From Gemmatimonadaceae bacterium (GTDB lineage: Bacteria; Gemmatimonadota; Gemmatimonadetes; Gemmatimonadales; Gemmatimonadaceae): a stretch of 64,000 nucleotides of DNA. Positions 28,974-36,440 of this stretch are shown one piece after another; position 1 is the stretch's first letter; the number at the start of each line of letters is the position of its first letter. The DNA lies in contig JBBDXY010000002.1 of the NCBI GenBank assembly GCA_040902085.1, forward strand, positions 20,471-84,470, given 5' to 3'. Made by a program: the position numbers and the translations under genes. Under the pieces are notes generated by a model. That model had not been told where the DNA came from, ran no database searches, and saw only the letters and a program-made list of their open reading frames with translations.

Positions 28974-29570
28974 TCATGCGTCGGGGAGGCGACCACCGTT
29001 GCTACTGCATTTTACAAGTCGGTCGTGCAGGTCCCGTATTGCATCGAGAATGGGCGTCATCTCGAAGCGCTTGCCGATAACCTCGAATACACCAACATCA
29101 GTGTAGTAGGCACGGAAAAGAAAAGTCGGCACTTCTGGCTCCTCGCCAAGCGGCCCTACGTACGTCGGAAGGATACGACCAGCAATGAGATTCTCGCAAA
29201 AAGCGTCCAATCTCTCATCGAAGTGCTCCAGGGCGTTCCGTAGATCTCGGTTGTAGAGGGAACTGTCATCACGAACGCCAAGGCCGACCCGGAGCCGCTC
29301 TCCTCGCGCTAAATGAAGCGGCTTCTTTGAAGATGGCCACAGGTATCGGGATACCGCTCCGGCCTGGAGCGCAATTACTTGGACACCGTTCACGATTGCC
29401 AGCGCACTCTCCTGCCATTCGGACGAATCTGGGGAGTAGAGGCCGCCAGCCTCCAGCGCCGCCTGGACGCTGCTTGCTGAGTCGAGTGCCGATGCTGTGT
29501 TGAAGAGCATCGCCTCAATGTAGAACGCCTCGTGGAGCGGCCATATACCTGTGGCTGAATGCTGGCTCAT
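28974..29570 (-). CDS. HEPN-motif protein (198 aa, operon gene 2)
   Basis: Contains NRDLRNALEHFDERL (Rx4H). A 9-nt gap with AGGA separates it from gene 1. Confidence 0.45.
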   Translation of the reverse strand: MSQHSATGIWPLHEAFYIEAMLFNTASALDSASSVQAALEAGGLYSPDSSEWQESALAIVNGVQVIALQAGAVSRYLWPSSKKPLHLARGERLRVGLGVRDDSSLYNRDLRNALEHFDERLDAFCENLIAGRILPTYVGPLGEEPEVPTFLFRAYYTDVGVFEVIGKRFEMTPILDAIRDLHDRLVKCSSNGGRLPDA

Positions 29571-29579
29571 TCCTGAGTG

Positions 29580-30281
29580 TTAGGAATAGTTGGACGGCTC
29601 CCTTGAAGGGCCGCCCTTGTCAGGAATTGTCTCGAATCCATACGAATTCAGGATCGCTCCCAGCAGCGATTCGGCCGCGTAAATGAAGTCGTGGGACATT
29701 TTCGCCATTCGGTTAGCGAGCTGGGTGAGCCGTGACCGCATCTCTTCCTCAGTGTCGGTGAGCCCGGGGCCGACGAATGTCATAGCAGCTAGCGCGTCGG
29801 CGAGCACGAAATGGAGATAGCGCGAAGAGCTACCGCGCCCTGTGGCGAATACACATTCCTCTGTGATAGTCAGCTCGCCCAAAAGACGCTTAGTCTCAGT
29901 CGGGTCGAAGTGCGAAACAGCCTGGTTTCTGAGTGGCGCGATATGCTTTTCTAGGAGTTCGCGATTGCCAGCGTCTTTCCAAACTGCGGCGAGTGCGTCG
30001 AATTCGCTGTAGTTGCGGAAGTAGCGACCGATATGCTGCTTTGCGAAGTCAACAGCCTCAAACAGTGTAGCAGCAGCCACAAAAATCGTATTGAACTCCT
30101 GGCGCGAGGCGTACGTGCGGTGCTCGTCCTTCGCGATACCGTCGATGGCGTGTCGCGCAAATCTGAGTTGATTGAGCGCGCGCGACAGAGTCACGCATGC
30201 AGCAAAGGCATCATCTCTACGGAGCCAGTCGTAGCGGCGTGGTATGCACGCGGCTTTCCACGGATCGTCCTCAGGACCCAC
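29580..30281 (-). CDS. HEPN-motif protein (233 aa, operon gene 1)
   Basis: Contains IAPLRNQAVSHFD (Rx5H). It is the first gene downstream of the integrase, on the same strand. Confidence 0.45.
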   Translation of the reverse strand: MGPEDDPWKAACIPRRYDWLRRDDAFAACVTLSRALNQLRFARHAIDGIAKDEHRTYASRQEFNTIFVAAATLFEAVDFAKQHIGRYFRNYSEFDALAAVWKDAGNRELLEKHIAPLRNQAVSHFDPTETKRLLGELTITEECVFATGRGSSSRYLHFVLADALAAMTFVGPGLTDTEEEMRSRLTQLANRMAKMSHDFIYAAESLLGAILNSYGFETIPDKGGPSREPSNYS

Positions 30282-30449
30282 TGAAGCGCATCGATGGAAG
30301 GGTGGATCGCCGTCTTCTGGGCCAGTTGAGGTGCGGGCTGTTCGTCTCTAGAAGCATCGGTCCGAATCCGCCTCACACTGTTCGAGTCTAGGGCCGTTGG
30401 GTGCGAGGTGGAATCATCGCCTGTGCTGCTGGTATTTTCAACGGCACGA

Positions 30450-31631
30450 TTAGGCGGCAGCGTCATCGGGCATTATTCTCAGGGGTAGGGACAACAACTG
30501 ACTTAGCTTCGCGGTTGCGCTTACCTGCATGGTCGGGGCGACGTGGGAATACGTGTCCAAGGTCTGGCGAACGCTACTGCGGCCCAGCTGCTCCGCTACG
30601 ATCTTCGGATTCTCACCTGCTCCAAGAAGCAACGTCGCCGTGGTGTGGCGAAGGTCGTAAATTCGAATGCGGGGCAAATTGGCACGTTTCAGAATCACGC
30701 GAAACGAGCGGCGCAGATTCTTGCTATCCAACGGAGTTCCGTTCGCTGTGCAAAACGCCAGGCCGCGCATTGCTGGATCGAGCGGGCACATTCGTAAGGA
30801 AGCCGCCTGGTCAATCCGATGCTGCTTCAGGGCCGCGATGACCATCTCGTCCAGTGGGATATTGCGGCGACTCCCAGCCGTCTTCGTTTTGCCGAAAATC
30901 GGTTTGTTGCCAACCCAAACAACGGCGCGCTGAACAGTAACCAGGCCGTCCGCCAGGTCCGACCATCGAAGAGCGAGCGCTTCACTTGGACGAAGCCCCG
31001 TCACGACAAGTAGCGCCCACAGAGCGGAGTTGGCGTCGTCTCGCGCAGCACTCAGGAACAGCTTGGCTTGCAGTGGCGTGAGGGCTGCCATTTCCTTTCG
31101 TTCCGTCCGTGGTAGCTGAACGCCTGATGCTGGATTCTTTACCAAAATGTCGTCGTCTACGGCCTCACGGAGCGCGCGATTTACCAAGGCATAGAGGACC
31201 CGAATACTGCGGGGGGAAAGGCGACGTTCTTGTTCAGGTCCGCGAAGATCGAGTAGCCACCGTATGACATCGTCCCGGGTCAAATTGGAAAGCAAGATTG
31301 AGCCAATCGCATTTCTCGCCACGTGATTGCTGAGCATTGCTCGGTAGTCGACGAGGGTACGGGGTCGCACTGCCTCGGCCGCCTCACGCTTGCGAAGCCA
31401 GGCGTCTACCATCTCCAACAGCGTAACCCGCTTTCGCTTCGTGGAGATGCCACTGGCCACCAGCTGAAGCGCCGCGTTCAACTCCTTCTGCGCATTACGG
31501 CGGGAACCGTGAACGACCTTCGAGGGGTAAACACGACGCCCGCATTGGCGGCTCGCAATTGGATCAAGCCAGCGGATGCGAAATCGCTCTCGTCCAAGCG
31601 GTGTGATGCTCCCTTCATCCTTCGATCGCAT
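30450..31631 (-). CDS. int: Tyrosine-type site-specific integrase
   Basis: C-terminal catalytic signature LRPSEALALRW, IYDLRHTTATLLL and LGRSSVRQTLDTYSH. Start trimmed to the ATG at 31631 (GGGAG SD), 7 nt after the Rep stop. Confidence 0.85.
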   Translation of the reverse strand: MRSKDEGSITPLGRERFRIRWLDPIASRQCGRRVYPSKVVHGSRRNAQKELNAALQLVASGISTKRKRVTLLEMVDAWLRKREAAEAVRPRTLVDYRAMLSNHVARNAIGSILLSNLTRDDVIRWLLDLRGPEQERRLSPRSIRVLYALVNRALREAVDDDILVKNPASGVQLPRTERKEMAALTPLQAKLFLSAARDDANSALWALLVVTGLRPSEALALRWSDLADGLVTVQRAVVWVGNKPIFGKTKTAGSRRNIPLDEMVIAALKQHRIDQAASLRMCPLDPAMRGLAFCTANGTPLDSKNLRRSFRVILKRANLPRIRIYDLRHTTATLLLGAGENPKIVAEQLGRSSVRQTLDTYSHVAPTMQVSATAKLSQLLSLPLRIMPDDAAA

Positions 31632-31638
31632 AGTCTCC

Positions 31639-32754
31639 CTAAGCAGCGCGCAGAACGCGCGCACTACGTAATTCGCGTTTGTGTCGGCGTATGTCGGCAG
31701 CAAAAAGCCAGAAATGGACACCGTCTGCGCCGGAATGCTCGGCGGCCTCTAAGAGTGAGAGCGCTCCTAAGTGCTCGCCGTTGACAAGATTCCACTGGTC
31801 GACGGTCAGCTCAGCCACCAGCTCGCCACCTACCTGCTCAGCGGCTAGTTCCTCGTCTGTTTTGTCATTCACAGCGAAGCGGGTTTTTAGTCCCTTGCTC
31901 CACGTAAGTGCTCGGGTGCCTTTGCTAGCGCGCTCCCACTCGCGCCATAGCTCAAGGTCGCTACAGTCCTCATTAGCCGCAAAAGCGCGGAGCACTTGAA
32001 ACGGAGTCCGGCCCTCGCGTCGGGCGGCTTTCAAGTCGTGACGCGTCATTTCCATGCCGACACGCTGGTGGCTTTGGTCCGTCATTACGATCTTCTGCAC
32101 GTACTGAGCGACGCGACGCGACGTGATTGCCTCGATAGGACACAACCCGATTAGCGGCGCTCGATAGCCTACGGCCTCGACGGCGCTCATCCATCGAGCG
32201 AATAGATGCGCGTGGAGTGTGCGAATCTCGTCGGGGGAGAGCTGTCGGTCGCAAAAGAAAATCACATGCAAATGCGGGTGCGCACCGGCTTTGCCGAACG
32301 TTGTTTCACTCGCGCGGATGCAGCCAGAAAGCGAGTAGTCGAGTTTATCCGCCATGTAGCCGCGTCCGCTTATCACCTTGCGAAATGCATTCGCAACAGA
32401 CTTGAGCATTGGCCCGAGCGCGTCACCGAAATCGTGTGGGAGTGTGAAGGTTTGGAAAAGAGCGAAGTCGCCCGCTTCTAAATGCGTGCGGAGTGCTTTA
32501 TCAATCTCAGCGGCGCGACGTTGCCGGATCTTCGGCGCGCACACGGGGCAGCTATGCACGGAGCCGCAGCATCGCACATTCGCAAAGTGTGCGCGCTGAT
32601 CGTTGACGACCACCCTAACCTTGTCGCCATTTATCCGGCGGCGGCCGCACGTCTGGAGCCTTTTGTCCGAGGATTCATTCCAAAGCACGGAGCGGAGTTG
32701 ATAGCGCTCCCGCCGGCGTTCTTTCTCCCCTATGGCGGAAACACTACTCGTCAT
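31639..32754 (-). CDS. rep: Rolling-circle replication initiator (HUH, Rep_1/RepSA-like)
   Basis: Cys cluster CGSVHSCPVCAPKI, HUH motif HPHLHVIFF, and Tyr motif VAQYVQK. I trimmed the 521-aa ORF to the ATG at 32754 because the upstream extension overlaps the Xis-like ORF. Confidence 0.65.
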   Translation of the reverse strand: MTSSVSAIGEKERRRERYQLRSVLWNESSDKRLQTCGRRRINGDKVRVVVNDQRAHFANVRCCGSVHSCPVCAPKIRQRRAAEIDKALRTHLEAGDFALFQTFTLPHDFGDALGPMLKSVANAFRKVISGRGYMADKLDYSLSGCIRASETTFGKAGAHPHLHVIFFCDRQLSPDEIRTLHAHLFARWMSAVEAVGYRAPLIGLCPIEAITSRRVAQYVQKIVMTDQSHQRVGMEMTRHDLKAARREGRTPFQVLRAFAANEDCSDLELWREWERASKGTRALTWSKGLKTRFAVNDKTDEELAAEQVGGELVAELTVDQWNLVNGEHLGALSLLEAAEHSGADGVHFWLFAADIRRHKRELRSARVLRAA

Positions 32755-32914
32755 GTTATCAAGGCGGGCAAAAGCACCTGCCCGCTTCGCGGGCTTCTCT
32801 ACGCTCACTGCGCTCGCTGTCGCGCTCCGCGCGGAACTACCACCGACCGCAGCGCACGAGCGCGCTGGATACAACAGAGGGATCGTCGCGCGCCTCGGAG
32901 CCGAGGCCGGGAGT

Positions 32915-33124
32915 CTATTGGCCGTCACGACGCCAGCCTCCAGGCAGCGCCTTGCCGCCTCGCCCAACCCATTCAGCCAGAGCGTTTGGATCGACGCGGA
33001 GTTGACGAACCAGCCGAACGACTGGCAGAACGCCCGACCGCACAAGACCGTAGGCGCGCTCTGGAGAAATGCTAAGGGTCTTCGCGACCTCAGGAATCCG
33101 AAGGAGCTGCATGACTGCCTCCAA
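32915..33124 (-). CDS. xis: Excisionase/AlpA-family HTH protein
   Basis: LLRIPEVAKTLSISPERAYGLVRSGVLPVVRL is a typical excisionase-type winged HTH. Confidence 0.6.
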   Translation of the reverse strand: MEAVMQLLRIPEVAKTLSISPERAYGLVRSGVLPVVRLVRQLRVDPNALAEWVGRGGKALPGGWRRDGQ

Positions 33125-33213
33125 AAAAGAGATTGTGACTCACACGACATGTGCGAGTGCAATTCTTCCTCTGAGACAGGAGCGGGGTATCTGAGAAGAA
33201 GCATTTTCTGCTT

Positions 33214-34197
33214 CTACTGCGACAAAATGTTTTCGGCGGTCTCTTTGCCAGGCCGCAGCCGTAGATCGAGGAGTTGCGCGGTCTTTGTTAGACCGCCATG
33301 AACTGTTTGATACGCAGCGTTTCGCCGCCGGTCGCTCTTCGCCGCGTAGCTGCCCCTCTTGTGAGCGCGGGTGCCGGAATCAGGAATTACGGCAGACTTC
33401 TTTGGCGATTTAACTTTGCGCGGATTGCCGCGGCCGTATTTCTTCGCAATTTTCACCGTTGTCCAATTCTGGCACTGCCAACGGACGAGCCATTCAAAAT
33501 GCCGAAATGAATCTGAGTCTTTTCCGGATTTTCGGATTTCCGGAGTCTTGGTCCAGCCCGCTTTTTCGGCGCTTTGTTCTACGCGCGTTAGATATCCTGC
33601 CAAAGAAGAGTTGAACTCCGCCTTTATTCTCTGGCCGAATGCTTTTCGGGTCTCGTTTGTTATTTTCCAGCCGAAATCCGAAAATAAAAAAGGCTGTGGA
33701 ATCATTTCCGCTTTTTTGGCGGATATTGGCGCCGTAAAGCGAAGTGGCGGTCCCCCGACCACATCTCTTCCTGTCCAATGGAAAAGCGTTCGCAAAACCA
33801 TATTTCGGACCCAATCAGCGTCGAGGCTATGTTTTTCTATCCAAGCTTCAAGCGACGCCAGAAGGGCTGCGAATTCATTTCGGGCGTTTTTTGCGCGACT
33901 CCGGAGTGTTTTGGCATCCAGCGAAAGCAGCTCGGACTCATCCATTAAAGTTCTAACGCCCTCGTAATTCGGTCGCACTGATTCTGCCAGATCGACTAGC
34001 ACTTCTTGCGCGACCTCTTCGATCTTCTGGATAAACTCCAATTGGGCGTAAAGCTTGGCTTTGTCGAAAAGCGTCGGATGGGAGTACTCACCGAAACCGA
34101 TTCGTGTCGGTTGCGGGACGGGAAGGGAAGTCGATTTCGCTTTATCCGCTTTATCGGCGAGTTTCTTTTTGGGCGCTACCGGGATAAATGGTGCCAT
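33214..34197 (-). CDS. Hypothetical protein (327 aa), first gene inside the right-hand att
   Basis: Protein-like ORF with a basic C-terminus. FRHFEWLVRWQCQNWTTVKIAKKYG suggests an HTH. No family assigned. Confidence 0.45.
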   Translation of the reverse strand: MAPFIPVAPKKKLADKADKAKSTSLPVPQPTRIGFGEYSHPTLFDKAKLYAQLEFIQKIEEVAQEVLVDLAESVRPNYEGVRTLMDESELLSLDAKTLRSRAKNARNEFAALLASLEAWIEKHSLDADWVRNMVLRTLFHWTGRDVVGGPPLRFTAPISAKKAEMIPQPFLFSDFGWKITNETRKAFGQRIKAEFNSSLAGYLTRVEQSAEKAGWTKTPEIRKSGKDSDSFRHFEWLVRWQCQNWTTVKIAKKYGRGNPRKVKSPKKSAVIPDSGTRAHKRGSYAAKSDRRRNAAYQTVHGGLTKTAQLLDLRLRPGKETAENILSQ

Positions 34198-34335
34198 TTA
34201 TGGTGCGATCTCCGCCAAACCTCGTTGAGCTCGGAACAACTCACGAGCAGAAGGAATGGCGGGAACTCAAGCAATTGCGCGACTTAGGTCAAGTGGGAAC
34301 ACCTCATGAAAACTCAGCAGACGTCGCGGTTTTCA

Positions 34336-34379
34336 AATGGGGTTCAGGGGGTCGCGGGTTCAAATCCCGCCGTCCCGAT
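34336..34379 (+). repeat. att-type direct repeat, copy 3
   Basis: Identical 44-mer; no tRNA body lies upstream of it. Confidence 0.9.
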
Positions 34380-34418
34380 TGATGGTAACTGCATGCAACC
34401 AGTTGACTTCTCAGTCCG

Positions 34419-34444
34419 AAGGCCGGCCTCAAAAGGCCGGCCTT
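34419..34444 (+). terminator. Terminator-like hairpin after att copy 3
   Basis: 10-bp perfect stem AAGGCCGGCC / GGCCGGCCTT with a 6-nt loop. The T tract is weak (TTT). Confidence 0.4.
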
Positions 34445-34482
34445 TCGCGTCGATGTGTGCCGTTTGTGTGCCGGCGTAACTC

Positions 34483-34854
34483 ATGAGCGAACCCTCCGGC
34501 TGGACTGCAGTCGGGATTAGTGTGGTCGCCGCCGTGGTATCCGTTTTCGCCATCATTGCATCAGCCCGTGCAGCATCTCGAAGTAATGATTTGCAAGAAC
34601 GCTTGCTTCGCCTTGAGAACGCACGTGAGCGTGACCGCCTACTCGCAGCCCAACGCGCAAACGTCGTTGCGTTTGTGGCTGGCTCCTTGAGCAATCAAAA
34701 ACTCTTCTTTCGAAACGAAGGTGAGGGAACTGCGCGAGGGATCAAAGTTTTGGTCGACGGAGATCCGCTCGAAGACTTCACCTACGTCATCCCTCCGGTC
34801 CGGCCGATAACCACGTCAGGCCCGAGGGCGGCTTTGCACAGGAAGGGCTCCTAA
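34483..34854 (+). CDS. Hypothetical membrane-anchored protein, 3' end abutting or overlapping the transposase stop
   Basis: N-terminal TM helix WTAVGISVVAAVVSVFAIIA. The C-terminus may have been altered by the IS insertion. Confidence 0.3.
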   Translation: MSEPSGWTAVGISVVAAVVSVFAIIASARAASRSNDLQERLLRLENARERDRLLAAQRANVVAFVAGSLSNQKLFFRNEGEGTARGIKVLVDGDPLEDFTYVIPPVRPITTSGPRAALHRKGS

Positions 34855-36135
34855 TGGCTGAGCTTATGTGCAGCCTCAGCCATTTGTGTGCAGGTGAAGT
34901 TCGGGGGCGTGATACCGAGTTCGAACATCGAATGCACGACGCAGACGATGTTGTGGACGATAACCTTCAGGAGGAGTTCGTTTGTCTGCGCCACGCGACC
35001 CCGGCTGCGGAGTGTATCGCCAAACACGCGTTTCATCGAGGAGAAAGTAGACTCAGCATTGCTTCGAGCGTGGTAGCGGGCCAAGAACTCATCGCGATGC
35101 AGGTTATACAGGTGCCAAAGCCAGCGCCATGCGGTCGAGTCCAAGCTACGGCCCGGGCTCCGCACGTTGACGGCCACGAGCATTCGAACGAAGGGCGATG
35201 TAGGGACTCGCGCCGAGGTGCGCGGCCATCGCCACGTTCACACGCGAACCGTAAGCCTTGTCCGCTGTGATGATCTTAATGTCGAAGGCATCCGCGCCGA
35301 CCTGCATCAGCGGAACGAATTGCGGCGAGTCGTTCGCGTTACGATCGGTGATGCTCGCGGTGGCGATCACGTTAGTAGTCGTGCCGATGAGGGCGTGGAG
35401 TTTGAGCCAGTCGTGCGACTCGATCTCCTGCCCGCCGTACTTCGCCGTGAAGTGCCGGTAGTACTGCGTTGTCCCAAAACCGGTCGAATCAACCGCGAAC
35501 GTGCTCTCAACCGACCGGAGCGGGGCTGCGCTAGCCGTTACAAGGTCGTAGAGAACGGGGGTCAATGCCTCGTCCTCGATGCAATTCAACACGCTGTTGA
35601 AATGCCACGCCTTCGACACGAGGCCGGCAGTGTGCGCCTCGCGCAGATCAGTCATGAAGCGTCGGCTGCTAACAGTCGAGAAGACCTTGTAACCGGCGCA
35701 GAAAATCGCATCAGCCATTGGAATGCGGGGACGACCCTTGCGCTGCTCGGGTTCGGGGACAGACGCGGCGAGATCGCGAAGCAACGTACAGAAGAGTGCC
35801 TTTTCCTGCGTCTGCGCCTGATTGTACGCGGGCCAATTCTGGGGATATGTGATGCGAACGGCGGCGGTATCTGTGACCGTTGTTGTTTCCGTCACTCCAT
35901 CCACAGTTATTTCAGTCACAGTCTGACGCTGGACGACGAAAGCAGCTGCGAAGATGTGTTTGCAGGGCTTGGCGCGCATTTCAAAGTCAGGACAAGTGCA
36001 GCGGATGTTGTCCGATTCGAGCGAGACGCGATAGTCGCCACTGTCCGATTGAGAGGGGTCGATCCAAGCGCCACCCTGTTTCTCAATTCGCGCATTCGCC
36101 GCTATGTCCAGCCCCCGCTGCTGTCTGGCTTCCAT
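34851..36135 (-). pseudogene. IS4/IS5-superfamily DDE transposase with N-terminal SWIM zinc finger, split by a frameshift near 35146-35183
   Basis: ORF 35146..36135 carries the SWIM motif CTCPDFEMRAKPCKH plus DDE segments FAVDSTG and ITADKAYGS. ORF 34851..35183 carries the third segment SNAESTFSSMKRVFG. The two frames overlap, and I could not find terminal inverted repeats. Confidence 0.65.
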
Positions 36136-36161
36136 CGTCAGCCCCCTGATAATTGTTGTGG

Positions 36162-36238
36162 CTTAAATGTAGCTACATTTTATACGGGCGCAAGGGCCGT
36201 AGGGTGCCATTGACGTGATGCCTAAATGTGGCTACAAT
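36162..36238. promoter_or_regulatory. Two C(T/C)TAAATGT(A/G)GCTACA boxes (first is a 16-bp perfect palindrome) in the divergent transposase / RHH-RM intergenic region
   Basis: AAATGTAGCTACATTT lies at 36165-36180. The second box (36221-36236) overlaps the -10 of the promoter below. Box spacing is 59 bp. Confidence 0.5.
36210..36238 (+). promoter_or_regulatory. Sigma70-type promoter for the RHH-RM operon
   Basis: TTGACG (36210-36215), 17-nt spacer, TACAAT (36233-36238). Confidence 0.5.
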
Positions 36239-36440
36239 AGGGCCTGTGAAACGACAGGCCAGGCAGGGAGCCCCCAAGAAGCCCGCCAGACTACGAAAGG
36301 AGACCCTTTTGCGGTTTCGCGTTTCGGAGTCCGAAAAGGCTGCCGTCCGGAAGGCCGCGGAGAAAGCGCATCAGGGCGTGTCGGAGTGGCTTCGGCAGGT
36401 AGCCCTGCGAGAGGCAGGCGTGCTACCGGAGGCAAAATGA
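36228..36440 (+). CDS. Ribbon-helix-helix (CopG/MobC-like) small DNA-binding protein; true start probably TTG at 36309
   Basis: LRFRVSESEKAAVRKAAEKAHQGVSEWLRQVAL is a classic RHH strand plus two helices. AAGGAG sits 6 nt upstream of the in-frame TTG at 36309. The GTG at 36228 lies inside the predicted promoter. The stop overlaps the next ATG (ATGA). Confidence 0.5.
   Translation: MATIGPVKRQARQGAPKKPARLRKETLLRFRVSESEKAAVRKAAEKAHQGVSEWLRQVALREAGVLPEAK

Larger units (their letters stand above)
23510..34379. mobile_element. Integrated int-rep-xis element (island B) flanked by att copies 2 and 3
   Basis: 44-bp direct repeats at both ends. The tyrosine integrase, HUH Rep and Xis-like HTH cluster next to the right-hand repeat. 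Confidence 0.75.

Noticed and set aside
32755-33204. N-terminal 150-aa extension of the Rep ORF (521-aa version).
   Set aside because: It overlaps the convincing Xis-like HTH ORF (32915-33124) and has no protein-like features. The Rep motifs all lie downstream of the ATG at 32754.
36215-36436. N-terminal 74-aa extension of the 939-aa R-M ORF.
   Set aside because: It overlaps the RHH ORF in another frame, starts inside the predicted promoter, and has a low-complexity Arg/Gly composition. The ATG at 36437, with its ATGA coupling, is the better start.
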